A DNA stretch of 64,000 nucleotides from Paraspadella gotoi (lineage: Eukaryota > Animalia > Chaetognatha): NCBI GenBank assembly GCA_051294375.1, contig CM119270.1, positions 897,238 through 961,237 on the forward strand, given 5' to 3'. This document shows, piece by piece, positions 14,746-37,169 of the stretch (positions are counted from its first letter, which is position 1; each line of letters begins with the position of its first letter). A program made the translations under genes and the position numbers. The notes under the pieces are model-generated. The model had not been told where the DNA came from. It did not search any database and saw only the letters and a list, made by a program, of their open reading frames with translations.

Positions 14746-16105
14746 TATAAAAGTTACGGATAGTCCATCTTCTGCCCACTTAGCGCCTTATCCACAATAT
14801 TATTTATATTAATTTCATAAATAAACAGCCAAATATATGGACCGACCGACCGGAAAGTGACTGGTAGCGTTGCTCCGCGAATATTCGCTCCGTAAACGAA
14901 AAGAAAAGAAAGGAAAAAAAGTTGTGAATGTAAAGATTGCACGTAGAGCGAAAATATTTTCGTTGAGACAAGTTCACTCTCTCACTCTCTCTCTTTCTTT
15001 GGATTGGAGAGAGAGAGAGACACGGAGAGAGAAAAGTTCGGTCTATAATTCAGGAAACGATCCTTCTGTGTTTTCGGTAATTTTATAAACAAACAAACTA
15101 AAATGACGAAAATATAAAGTAAAGTATCATCGTGTAAAAATATGAATATGATGCATATACAGAAATAAACAACAATTGTAATAATAACTATAACAAAGTA
15201 TTAGTTAAATTAAAATGTGCGATATCACGAAGAAAGGAGCGGAAAGGAGGATAGAGACAGAGATAAAGAAAGAAGCTGTTTAGAGGTAAGTTAGGATGAA
15301 AAGAGTAAGGTGAGGGTAAAAGCTCTTTTGAGGACGGGACAATGAACGCGGGCGGCAGCGGCGGCGGCGGCGGCAGCGGCGTTGTCCTCGGCGGCAGTGG
15401 CGGCGGCAGCAGCGGAGGTAAGGAAACGCCTCGGGATCAAAATACGCCTAACGATTTTCTTTCAAAATTTCTAAATCCACGTCCTAACAAGACCGACCGA
15501 CCGACCGACAAAACGACCGACCGACCTCCAAGCCTATATATTTAGACAATTGGCCGACGCCGAACGCCAGGACCGACAATTACTTGACTGGGTTAACCAC
15601 CTGACGCGATCTACCAGCTTCTCTCTCCCTCTACCGGCGGCCCCATTAAAAACGCCCTCTCGCGGAGAGGCGTGCGGCCCGGGTGGCGGCAGCGTGAAAA
15701 AAAATGACGCCGGTAAAAAGCCGAGGCCCTTCAACCTATCTCTACTTCAAGCCGAAAGGAGGCGTCGACCTCAAGCGGGAGAGGAGGAGAGAGAGAGCGA
15801 GAGAGAGAGAGAGGAGAGGAGAGACTTGACGAGAGAGAGAGGCGAGGAGAGAGAGATGGGGTCCAACCGTCGTCTTTCCAACATGGCGACCCCCGTTTGT
15901 CATCGATCAGCCGTCGCTTGCACCGAACGAGAAAGAGATGAGAGGCACGAGAGAGTAGAGAGAGACGAGAGGAGAGAGAGCAGACGAGAGAGAGAAGACG
16001 AGAGAGACGAAGTGAATATAGTATTAAAAGCGACTCACAGAAACCGTTTGAAAGTTCGTTCGTCCCCCTTTTCTTCACGCGAGTGCTCTTGCCTGTCTCT
16101 CTCCT

Positions 16106-16106
<1 letters not shown>

Positions 16107-16151
<45 letters not shown>
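16107..16151. repeat. (CT)n microsatellite within a CT/GA-rich cluster spanning about 15780-16515
   Basis: Directly visible dinucleotide repeats. Confidence 0.95.
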
Positions 16152-16176
<25 letters not shown>

Positions 16177-16306
16177 TCACTCAGTAATTGAATCTACAGA
16201 GAACAAAAGTCTTCTTCCCCTCTCGTTGACAGTGTTAGACATGTTCTGGCAAAGGTCGACAGTCAGGAAACAAACGGCCATGGACTAGAGATAATGAATC
16301 TGTCTA

Positions 16307-16360
<54 letters not shown>

Positions 16361-16473
16361 CTCTCGTTCTCGTCACTCTCTCTTTCCTTGTTCTCTGTGG
16401 TCAAAGCACAAAACCATTTGCGCGAGAGGAATTCGATGCCAACCCACGTGAGGGTAATCATGATTTAGTTCCA

Positions 16474-16517
<44 letters not shown>

Positions 16518-17050
16518 AAAAGGGAAAAATGAAATGGAATTGCGATAGAAATGTAAATTAGACTCAAATGCCAACTCGGCTGGATTGAACGGGAGACGAA
16601 TAACCGATTGGTTGGTCGAAGTCCTTGGGTTCAAAGGGGTTCATGGGTCTAATGATCTTTAGGTTTAACGGTCTTTGGGTCCTTAGGTTCTCGGGAACAG
16701 AACACTTTTTATCCTTAGGTTGTTGCATCTGTTCAATAGATTTTCCACAGTTTATTTTCAAGGAGACCACAGTTAATATTTTCACAAGTCCACAGTCTGT
16801 TAAAGAAAACTTTATCAGTGCAAAATGCGAATAAATAAAAGGTTCATCCTTCAAAACCAAGATTTTGTCAAAATAAGAAAAACCAGCACCTGCGTTTTAA
16901 ACATTTGCATTTATACGACTTTTTGAATCCATCGTCAACGCTTAGGATAGAGGACTCTTTTTTCCTGCGTTCATCCCAACCCATCCGTTGAAATATATGC
17001 GTGGCACCAAAAGAATGCCATGAAATATTCCGTATGGATCTTAGTTTCGG

Positions 17051-17173
<123 letters not shown>

Positions 17174-18394
17174 TTCGATCTTTCTTATTCCCTTCGTTTC
17201 GTCATAGGCTCCAATTAATCATCAGACCTAAAAAAAAAGTGTGGCATTTGTTTGGAATCCCTTCACATTCGTTTTTACGCGACGTTGGCGCCGGAACAGA
17301 ACATAACGGAGGAAAACGGAAGCTCGCGCGATACAGAAACAACGTTCGTTTACCCTACGCCTATCTATTAAATCTTCCCCCCCCCTTTTTTTTCTATCTC
17401 TGTCTCCCTCGCCCTTTACTTATCTTTCTCCTCTACTTCTCTTTCGTCATCCTATTAAATTCTTCTCCCTCACTTATCTTTTTTTTCGTCCTGTTGCATC
17501 TTTTCTCTGTTATCTCCCTATCTCTTCTATTTTTTTTCTCATTTTTCTTTCCCTTCTGCTTTCTGCTTTTCTCCCTTTCTCCATTTCTCCCTCATATCTT
17601 TCCTCTCTCCTTTCCGCAACTCTCCTTCCTTTATTCTTTCCACTTTCCTCCCTTTTTTTCTTTTCTCCTCCTCCCTTTCCTCCTTCTCATTCCTACCTCT
17701 TCCTCCCTTCCCTCCCTCCTCTGTTATGGCCTTTTAATCCTGGCATGAGTCGGGAAAGAAAAAAAAAAGGATAATCGTTTTCCAGAATTCCCGGTCGGGA
17801 CTCGAGCCGCCGCCGGCAATTTTCTACTCGCCGTTTGAAAAAAAAAAACATTCTCATATTCCGACGGGAACGCCGAGTTTTTAATGTTAATGATGGTAAA
17901 AATAATATTTATCAGGCCTAACATCTATATGATTAACATGAGGCCTGATAAAAATTATTTTTACCATATTATATTATATTATAGACATTCAAAGACTACC
18001 AATATCTTCAGTGTAAGAAAAATATCAATTATTACACATGGTCAATTGGTCATTGGTAAGTGGGTCAATAATTAAATAAGCGAGAAGAGCAAAATTTTAT
18101 ATGATGCTAAAATTGATAAATAATACAAAAAAAAACAGTCGACTTTTTATCTTAATAATTATATATATTATATAGTATATGATATTTGTCCAGAAATTCA
18201 AATTTTTTAGTAATCATTTAGAGATTATATAATATAACTTAAAAATCTGCGTCGGCGTTCGTTCAAAGTCCGAAATACAATTTTTCTCACTCTTCGCTTG
18301 CGTACATTGGTCCAAAGATAGGTTAAATACTATTTATTTAAAAAACTAATACTAAATAAGCAACTGTCTTTTGTTTTTCATGTTCTTCCTCCAG

Positions 18395-18967
18395 ATGTCC
18401 GTGTCTCCGTCCGCCCCCTTCAACGGACTTAGTCGTCTGCTCAATCAAATCTCCTCGGGCCAAAAGGTTGAGCGTTTTTATAAGCATTAATTACATGTTA
18501 ATAATACTAAAAAAGGTATTATTACTCGATAATTGAACTAATAAACGTGGAAAAAAGTTCGAACAGAGGATCATACTTTACAATTCCTGTTTCTTCGTTA
18601 CCTATTACAGTAAAATAGGTATTTTAGATTGAGGCTAAAAAGCCTCACCTTAAACAGACTGCCTGGGTAGTGGGTACACACGTCGTCCGTTTCGCCTTTT
18701 TTTGTCAAATATCGAGAAAAAAAACTAAATTTGTGAAACTGTTCCTTGGAGTAGAGCGGTTCAAATCGCAGTGACACAACCGTAATGTGTCTCCCCGTCG
18801 AACCCAAAGAAACCCCCGCAATCATGTCTCCCCGATATTACCGCCCCCGCGTCCCCGCCCCCGTCGTCCCCGTCATCATTCGCTCGGACGACTTCGCGAT
18901 AGTGAGGCCGTTCCGTCCGTCGAATCCCCCCACGCCCCCTTCCCGTCCGCGCGCCAGACTCCTTTGA
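18395..18967 (+). CDS. Putative two-exon small ORF of about 94 aa immediately upstream of INTS3 (exons 18395-18466, 18755-18967)
   Basis: An acceptor ttcctccag sits directly before the ATG, a donor AAG|gttgag follows, and the acceptor tag at 18754 joins in frame to the Pro-rich ORF ending at 18967. No homology recognised. Confidence 0.25.
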
Positions 18968-18995
18968 TGATGAGACTGCCCGCCCGGGCGTTGTC

Positions 18996-21900
18996 ATGGA
19001 GACCCACGACGCTCTCAAGGCCTCGTCCTCGCAGCTCCTCGTCCGGAGCCGCATCGATCCCAGGGACGAGTGGGAGGAAAAAGTGGAAAAGGCGGAGAAG
19101 GCGTTGACGCGGGTGTTGGAGGATGAGGGCAACTCCTCATCTTCCTCCCCGGACAAGGATCTCCTGGAAGCCCTCGTCGCTCAGGCTTCCAAGAGTCCTC
19201 AGAACCACGAAGAGCTCTGCCTGGCCTATCTCCATCGCATCCTCCAAGCGGGCGGCTCCTTCGCCTCCGGTCCCAAGCCCTGTCCGCAGCTGCTCAAGAC
19301 GCTCGTCCACGTGTCGCGGGACAACCTCAAGTCGGCCGTGGAGCGGGTCAACGCTCTCGTGACGGAGCGGTACCCGCGTCTGAGCGAGACGAGTCGCGTT
19401 CAGATCCTTTGGTTCCTGCGCGAAATCGTCAAGACCGGCGTCCCCATGGCGGACATGATTTGTTTCTCTCTTATGAGGCAGATCGCCGGCGGATGTCTCG
19501 ATCCAAGGAATGTCTGGTTGGCCGAGAGTCTTCTAGCCGTCTTCGTGGATCACAAGGCTTGGTTCTTCGGACTTCCGGTAGGTGGACAACTGGACATGGA
19601 TGTCTCATTTAAGTCAGAGAATGTTTTAAAACGAAATACTTTCAAACTTTTTTTTTTTAGTACTACATTATAGAAGAAGTGGTTATCTTTTACCAACTTT
19701 TAGGATTTTGAATTAAAAAAAAAAATCGATTTGGGATACAGTAGTTTTATTAGACTATGCGATGACACTTAACAATCTTTTAGGATTTTAGGATTAAGCA
19801 TCTTGGCAACTTGTATCGATAGTAAACAATTTTTTATATCTTTATAAAAATTACGAAATAATCTTTACAATTACTTGTTTGTATCGAAATATGACTTAGA
19901 AATACTTCATAGATTGAATTAGTCTCTCATTCATTCGTTAATTTCTTCATTCATTCATTCATTTCTTACTTCCTCCATTCATTCATTTCTTCCTTCCTCC
20001 ATTCATTTCTTTTTCCTTCCTTCAATCATTCTTTTTTTTTTTCCTTCCTTCATTCCTTCCTTCCTTCTCAGGTTCTCGTCCAATCCGCCGTCTTCCTCTA
20101 CCTCCGCCTTATCGTCGACCACCAGATTCCCCGCCTGTCGACCTTGCGCGATCGCGAAGTCGAATTCTGCGTCGAGATCCTTCGAGAAAAGTTCGATCTC
20201 TGTCTGGGGATCGGGAGGGACTTGGTCAGACTCTTGCAAGGCGTCGCCAGGATCCCCGCCTTCTCCGCCCTCTGGACGGACATTCTCCATAATCCTTCGG
20301 CGCTATCGTCATCGTTCGCCGGGGGGCTGCCTCAGGTTGGCCTTTTAGTTTTTTATTCGCCTAATTTTTCTATTTAGAAGCAAAAATAAACACCGATATT
20401 GCATTTAGCATTCAATTAAAATGAATTTGTTGTAATGATAACTTTAATGTTATGTAATGGATAAAACAAATATAATCTACTGATCTATCCTCGAACCGAT
20501 CCTTTCCCCAACTTTTCCTTCAAGGTAATGCGCACGCGCACTCGACGTCTCTTCCTCCAAAGTCGCCTCACTCCTGACATGGAACGGAAGATCAACTTCC
20601 TAGTCAGCTCAGTCAAGTTCGGTCAGCAGCGACGACACCAAGAATGGTTCCAAAAGTCTTACCTCTCCTTACCCGAGAGTCAGTCTTTGCGCTGCGATCT
20701 GATCCGCTACGTGTGCTGCGTGACCCAGCAGAACATCCAGGGCGTGCCGCGCTGGGCGGTGATACGCTGGCTCCTCACTACCTGCACGTCTAACGTGGAT
20801 GCCTCCAACGCCAAGCTCGCCCTCTTCTACGATTGGCTCTTCTACGATCCGGGCACGGACAACATCATGAACGTGGAGCCGGCAGTGCTGGTGATGTTTC
20901 ACTCCATCAGGCAGAATCTCTCCATCACCGCGACGCTGTTGGATTTTCTTTGTCGGATGGTGAGTACCGTATTAAAATTTCTCAAATTTTAAAAACTAAC
21001 TATATATATCTTTCGTCATGATTTCATAAATAAATTAACTTAAATAATTTTCTCCATTTTTCTTCTCCATTCCATCGACCCCCCCCCCACCAAAACCCAA
21101 AGGTGAATCACTTCTCTATCCCTCATCGCGACGCCGTCCGCTCTGGCGTCCTCGCCGCGCTCAAGGAGATTCTCTCTTTCCGCGTCGTCCCTTCATTGTC
21201 GCCTTTTTTCTCCAATCCAAATCTCGACATCGAACTTCGTCAAATGATGAGGGAGAATTTCCCGAGTCTCGCTCCGCCGCCGGAACAGATCGTCGAAGAC
21301 CGCAACGGCGTCAAGTCGGTCGAAGAGGCGGCGACGCCGACTGAAGTCGCGGAGGAGACGCCGCCCGCCGCCGATAACGGCGCCTCGTCCGACGTGGCCG
21401 AAGGCGTCTTCTCCGACGACGAGGAAGAGGCTGAGGAAGAGGAGTCGACGATTCCGGAACCCAAATCCACGGAGTTGTCGAAGAAGCCTCTCTCCTCTAA
21501 ACTTCGCCCGAATTTCGAATCTCTCGACGCGAAACTCCGCGGTCTCCCGTCTCGCGTCCGAACCATCGCCGATCTCGAGGCCGCCCTCGACAAGATCCCA
21601 TCGGGCGAGAGGCTCAAGGAGGTCGTGCTCGCCTATCAAAGGGCGAGGATCGACGCTTCGGCCAAAGAGCGGACGGACAGGATGCTGCGGACGCTGGAGG
21701 AGTGTCTGGAGACGATGACGACGACGTCGGAGGCGGAATTTGCGGCGACGACGACCAAAATCGCCGAAGTCGTCTGCTACGTTTTGTGGAACAAGAGTCA
21801 AGAGTTCGAGGAGGAGAGACGCCGAGTCTTCGAAGACGGCGTCAACGCCGACACCGTCCGCGATTTGACCGAAGAATCTCCGTCCTTCGTCGTCCTCAAA

Positions 21901-24621
21901 TCTCTTCGCGACGCCGAGGAGGGAGAGAAGACCAAAGGGGCGCTCAAGTCGCTCGTCAAGAGGATGTCTGACTTCCTCCCGCGATTCGGTTATCTCTACC
22001 TTCTTTTGCTCAGCGTGGGGGAGACGCTCGACGGCGGATCCGTCGAAGAAGACTCTTCGTCGATGTTTCTCTGTTACGCGGAATTCGCGGCGCTCTTTTC
22101 CGCATCCTCCAAGTCGGACGGCGTCGCTTCGCCGACCAAGACGCCGGAGAGTCGCATCCTCTGTCGGCTGAAGAGAGACTTGAGGATCTGCGCGGGAGAG
22201 GACCCAACCCTCCTCTGCCATCTCCTACCCCACCTCTTTAAACATTTTCGGCGACTCTGTCTCGGGAATTCTCAGATCCTTCGACTCATCGTCTCCAGCG
22301 TCAACGCGGTTCAACTTCAAGACGTCGTCACGAGAATCCTGCTCGGTCATTTGATCCTTTTGCCGTTGGACAGCGGCGGTGACGGTGAGGAATCGCCGCT
22401 GCTGAAAATGGCGAAAAAATCGTTGGAGTGGGAGACGATCGAGCAGATCTTCTTGTGGCAACTCATCAACGCTCATTCTTCAGTCACTACCGAATCTCTG
22501 CTGCCGCTGCTGCCGCATCTAGACTTTCGTCTCCACTTCGAGGCTCTGACGTCGCTGGCGCTGCTGCTGAAGCGGGAGGCGCCCACCTCTGAGCTGCTGC
22601 GGCATCTGCTGAACAAGGAGTGCGTCGAGGGCGATTGCTTCGTCATCGGCGTGCTGCGGCACTGGGTTCAGCGACAGGTGGGGAATCGTTAATGGTTATT
22701 GTAATTTAACTTAATTTTATTATTGTTTTAATTAATTTTACTATTGAGATAACGGTTGCCTGCAGTCAAAAATTTTTAATTTAAAGGTTCTACTTCCTAC
22801 TTATTCGTCTAACTTTGTTATTTTAGAAAAAGAAATACTGTTTTGTAGCCGACAATCATTTTTCTTCCAACCCCATTATTTCAGGAGGAAAAGCTTGCCT
22901 CCTTGATGCAAGCACAAATCCATCGCTCCTCTTCCTCCTCTAAAAAACGCTCCACCTCCACCCGCCCTTCATCCAAACCCTCTCTCCCCATCGACCCGCC
23001 GATGTCCCTCATCCTCGCCCACCTGGAGCACCTGCGCAAGACCTGCACCTCCAATCTCAACACCTTCTTCTTTCGCGACTCGATGCAGATCGCGTTGACG
23101 GAGATGCAAAACTTTTGCTCCGAATCCCAAAAGTTGCGCTACAGCGATCTTCTCTCACTCGCCGAAGAGTTGGACGACGACGACGCTAAATTCCAGCGGA
23201 ACTTGAGACATCACGGGCGACGCGGCAACGCGTCGCCGGCTGCGGCGGCTGCGACGTCGTTCTTCGGACCTTCCGGCGGCGAGAAGTCGTCGTCGGGAGA
23301 ATCTGGATCGTTATCGATGGCGTCGTTCTCTTCCGCGACCGCCGCCGCCGCCTCCAATTCTGAAAAACGATCCTTCTCTTCCTCCCACAACGGATCGAGG
23401 AAACATCCCAACAAATCGCTTTCCCTCGACGACGCCATCCGCAATAAAGTCTGTCTCTTCTGCGGACTCGGCGACGCCCCTTCCGCCGCCGCCCCTTCCT
23501 CTTCCTCCAAAAAGTCTCCGCTCAATTCTTGCGGCGAACTCCACGCCTCCGATCGCTGCTTTGCCCACTACCGCTGCATGCAGTACAACTCGCGCCTCTG
23601 GCAATACGACGACGACGCCATGGGATTCGGCGGTTTCAGCGTCGACGCCGTCGTCGCCGCCTTTCACGAAACTAAGAACTACCCTTGCGCCGCCTGTCTG
23701 CCCTACAAGGGCAAGCCCCCGTTGGCCAATCGGGTCTGCCCGAATCCGCGTGGGGCGAGCGCCGGCTGCGCCATTCGAGCTTGTCGCAAGGCCTATCACT
23801 TTCCCTGCGCTCCGCTCTACAAGGAGATCGCGAGGAAGACGAGCGGAGGGAAGGTCGTCTATCACTTTAGGACTTGGTGCTCGCAGAAGCACAAGGAGGC
23901 GGATCTCAAACGCTTCGAGAAGGAGGCCGAGAAGGAGGTGAGGCTGGTCGTCGTCGTCGTTGTTTTTGTTGTTGTATTTCCGCTATTTTGTCAGGTTGTT
24001 GAGAAAACTGAAAAATATAATATCTTTCAATAGCTTTTAATAGCAGTATTTTTTTAAGGTAAGGTTTAAATTCATAAAGAATCTTGGGCCTTCTGTCTGA
24101 TCGTTTCAAGAGCGATAGGCAACCTCGTTTAAATATGTTATCAGATTAAAAGCAATTCAAGGAGCGGCATTATATATTTTAGTAGTATGAACGAGACACT
24201 AATTTTATTCTTTTTATAAACTCTTAATCGTTCGGTGAAAAAAAAAATACTAAAATTAACAATTCAAAATTTTTTTATCGATGGCTATTAATTCACAATT
24301 TCATGATTTCTCGAAAGCGAAGCAAAGGTCCCCTATGTCAAAAAATAGTTGCTTATTACGACCTTTCCGTTCGATTATCTGATAATTTGATAAAACGCAA
24401 TATGCAAATGAGATTAAGATTCTTTGAAATCTCTAATCCGTCCGACGCAGGTTGACGAGCTCGTCTACGAAGATGACGACGCCCTCGCCAAGAGCAAAGC
24501 AGACGACGATGACGACGACGACGCCATGGATTCCAGCAACGACGACGACGTCGACGACGACGATGATGACGATGGAGTTTTTCACAACAAAGAGTCTTCC
24601 GATTCTTCCTCCGATGAATGA
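18996..24621 (+). CDS. INTS3: Integrator complex subunit 3 (SOSS-A) with a C-terminal ePHD extension; exons 18996-19577, 20072-20335, 20525-20959, 21103-22677, 22885-23937, 24451-24621
   Basis: Motifs IGRDLVRLLQ, RLTPDME, SQSLRCDLIRY, NAKLALFYDWLF, IMNVEPA and SLEWETIEQIFLWQL. All GT-AG joins keep the frame. Confidence 0.95.
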
Positions 24622-25228
24622 TGGCGTCTTTTGCTTTTGTTTGTTTTTGTTTTATGTTTGTTTTGGTTTGTTTTTGGATGGGGACTCGTTTTATCTTGTT
24701 TTTTATGATAGTTTTCTCGTGCTAAGTTTTAAGTGTGTAGTCTTAGTTTTTTTTCTTAAGCTAATATCAGATAGATGATTTTTTTTAAAGCTACCAGTAT
24801 GCTTTTAAAAATTCGTTTTAAGATTTGTTGTTTTTTATGTTTTTATGGTGTTGCGTTACTCACTAATTGAGTATCTTTTATATCAATCGATGTCTTTACA
24901 TTCGTTACCCATTATGTTCAAATATATATAAAATATCCGCACAATTTACATACTGTACGAACATAAGATTTCGTATTATCGTTCCTATTTTTCGAAGCAA
25001 TTCGGAATTCCATCAAGTACAATCGTAAATTCCTTTTCATTTCTACTTCGATCGTAAATTTTGGTTGTTTTTTTTTCTCGCAGACAAAAAAAACCAACAA
25101 ATAATTAGCATAAATCTTTTGAAAGAAGAATCTCTCGTCCCCGAATTTAAACGACTTTAAATTAATTAAACAAATAATTATATAAACTCGAGCGCAAAAA
25201 ATACTCTAACAAGCAAAAACAAAGAAAC

Positions 25229-25867
25229 ATGGCTTCCTCTTACTCTAACCTCGGTCTCCTCTGGTGCGCCCTCTCTTTCGTCGCCGCCGCCGTCAGCGTC
25301 GTCGGCTTCTTCTTCCCACACTGGCTTCGCGGCGCTATGCGGGACCCCACTACCGGCGCCGCGCTCCCCGTCTACCTCTCCACCTTCCGGCGCTGCAACT
25401 ACCCTGTCCTCGACGCCGATACGGGCGCCGTCGCCGTCGTCCGAGAGTGCGGACGCTACACGACCTTCTCCGACATTCCCTCCTCTTCCTGGCGCGTCTC
25501 CTGCGTCGTGTGCGGCGTAGGCTGCGGCGTCTCGGCGCTGGCCTGCCTCGTCGGCGCCGCCGGCTGCTGCGTTGGCGATCTCGTCTCGACTGGAGTGGCG
25601 AGGACGCTGGGCGCGACGCAACTCGCCGCCGGATTGGCTATCGGAGCCGCTTGCGCCCTCTATCCTCACGGGTGGGGCGCCAAGGAAGTGAGAGACGTTT
25701 GCGGCGGGGACTCGGACTCGTTCCGCGCGGGAAGTTGTCGTCTGGCGTGGGCCTTTTACGTCACGGTGGGCGGGGCCGCCTTGAATTTGTTGTGCTTCTT
25801 TCTGTCGTTCGGAGCGAGTCAGATGCAGAAGCGGTACAGGTCGGTTTACAGGGAGGACAGATTGTGA
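25229..25867 (+). CDS. LHFPL6: LHFPL/TMHS tetraspan protein, LHFPL6-like, single coding exon
   Basis: MASS..LWCALSF, TFRRCNYPV, ECGRY..F..IPS..W, GCCVGDLVS, CALYPHGW...EVR, C.LAWAFY; four hydrophobic segments. Confidence 0.88.
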   Translation: MASSYSNLGLLWCALSFVAAAVSVVGFFFPHWLRGAMRDPTTGAALPVYLSTFRRCNYPVLDADTGAVAVVRECGRYTTFSDIPSSSWRVSCVVCGVGCGVSALACLVGAAGCCVGDLVSTGVARTLGATQLAAGLAIGAACALYPHGWGAKEVRDVCGGDSDSFRAGSCRLAWAFYVTVGGAALNLLCFFLSFGASQMQKRYRSVYREDRL

Positions 25868-25989
25868 AACATTGCCAATCTTTGCGTCACGTGATTGCAA
25901 TGCGGGGATGCCGCTTGGATCCGTAAATCGAAACTTATTAAAAAAATATATATATAAACGCTGTGCAATAATAGAAGAAATGTTAACAT

Positions 25990-26029
<40 letters not shown>

Positions 26030-26153
26030 GTGGATTCGCTTAGTAGTAGGTAGTGAGTACTGAGTAGTCGCCACGCTAGTTTCCGTATTGCGTCGCACAT
26101 TAACACAAAATCGTTTTCGCGCACTTAAAAATATTTGATTCGTTTTAGGTTTT

Positions 26154-26184
<31 letters not shown>

Positions 26185-26715
26185 GGTAGAATCGCAACTC
26201 GGCTGTAAAATTGTGGATCTGCCTTCGACTCTCTCGTTGTTAAATGCAAATTTGTGCATTTTTTTGCGTCGTTTTATTTTTACAACGATATGTATTTTTT
26301 TATAACATTAAAACTCGTTAGTTATTAACCTTGCCTGCCTTTTTCTTTTTTCTCTATGGTTGACCGTCGGATGTTTCGTGCATTTTACGCCAAAAAAATT
26401 AGTTTTTTTCGAAACTAAAAATATTTTCTTATTAAATATTTTTATTCTCGTGTTGATTTACTTGCCTATGCTCTTCGGGCTTTATTGCTTAATTTCACAC
26501 TCACTTCTCAAAACTTACTCTGTCATTAAAAAAAAAACATCTTTTGTAATAAAAAAAAACATAAACTTTTTTTTTCTCCTTCGTAGACGAATGAAAAGAT
26601 ATAAAAAAAGGGAATGAAGCGATGAATAAGAGTAAAATGAGATCGAATCGGAAAAGGACGCGAAAGATGGAAGCTTGAAAAAAAAAAAAACAAATCCGAA
26701 ACAGAAAAAGAAAAG

Positions 26716-35692
<8,977 letters not shown>

Positions 35693-36731
35693 ATGTGCGA
35701 GAACACGAATCACAAAGGCCCCAAGTTATTCACAATCGTCTCGAACGAGTTTCGTCGCTTTAGTTTCGCTTTCTCTGTTCGACGAACGAAAAGGAGCGCT
35801 GTTTTCATTTCAAATTTTTATTAATCACGAAAGTTTTAAACGGATTTTTCTCTCCATTTTCAACGCTATTTTGTTTTTTCTTGTAGGTCCACTTTGCTTG
35901 CTAACCACAAACTGTACGGTATTCCAGATACATTAACCGGTACGAATAAGCGTACAATCCCCCACTGCTTCACTTTTTCCCAAAGAAAATAAAACGCATC
36001 GTTTACTGTAAAAGAATTGTTGCTTTTGTGTTACAGAGAGCGAGCAAAAAAAAAAATGTCTCCTTTTAAAAGCGATTTAAGATTTTTTTTTTTTCAAACG
36101 GAACGCAGAATATCGTTTGAAAAATAAAAAAAAGTCTATTTTTAAAAACTTCCATCTCGCTTCCGGCGAAATTTTGATGGCCTCTTCCAAAACCCAAATA
36201 CTTATCCTGTTGAGACGAAAGCTTGTTACTTTTTTTTTTAGAATTTAAAAACAAAATCGTCGAGTTTTATCCGCGAGATGTTAATTTCCCCCCTGAATCG
36301 GGAGCGGAAATCGCGATAGAACCCATTTTCTCTTCTCTTTTTAATTGAAACATTGCGCCTTTTTCTCTACTTGAGTCTTGACCCGACTTTTTTTTCCCCG
36401 CCTACATATCTTTCAAAACGGAGGCCGCGTTGAGCTTCGATTGATGTGGCGGGTATTGGTTGTTCCACTATCTTTTGGATACATGGGTTGTAGTGTCGAG
36501 CCCACTCCCAGTTAATTTTTTTAATAGTTCGTGCGTGTTTAGTTTACACTGGTGATTGGCGTAAATGGGTATAGATTTAAAGGTAGATAACGTTCCAATA
36601 ATTATTGATAATCTTTCGTTGACGAGTTCCTCTTGTTACAAAGATAGCGAACGGCTAAATCCCTGCCCATCTCTTTATATTGGTATGATTTATTGATAAA
36701 TTGTATCGTTCTCCGAATGTGATATTTTTGT

Positions 36732-36775
<44 letters not shown>

Positions 36776-37169
36776 GTTTTAATACGCCCACTTAAATCGG
36801 ACATCATTACGCGCGTTGTTTTTTAACGATCCTTTTATTCCGTTACGATTACACGGTAGTTTCCACTTTTTTTTCTTTGTACCGGCACTGTACTAATAAT
36901 TCGGCGTTCTCCGCCAAAAATAATTAAAAATAAAACAGAAAAAACACCAGTCTGCCAAAAGTTCCTCCTTACTTTAAATCTATTTCAATTTTTTTTAAAT
37001 TTTTTGGTAAATTTCGTTTTTTTTATATATATAAAATTAGAAAAATAATTAGAATTTACAATTTACTGAAAAACACGAGAATCCCTTCCTTTTTTTTCAG
37101 ACGCAACCCAAATCAAAATTTATTATTATTAAATTTTACTTAAAACAAAAAACAAACAAACAAAGGAAA

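Noticed and set aside
21193-22221. Long minus-strand ORFs opposite INTS3 (similar cases opposite LHFPL6, AAK1, S6K and VPS52)
   Set aside because: Antisense shadows of GC-rich coding exons; no independent motifs.
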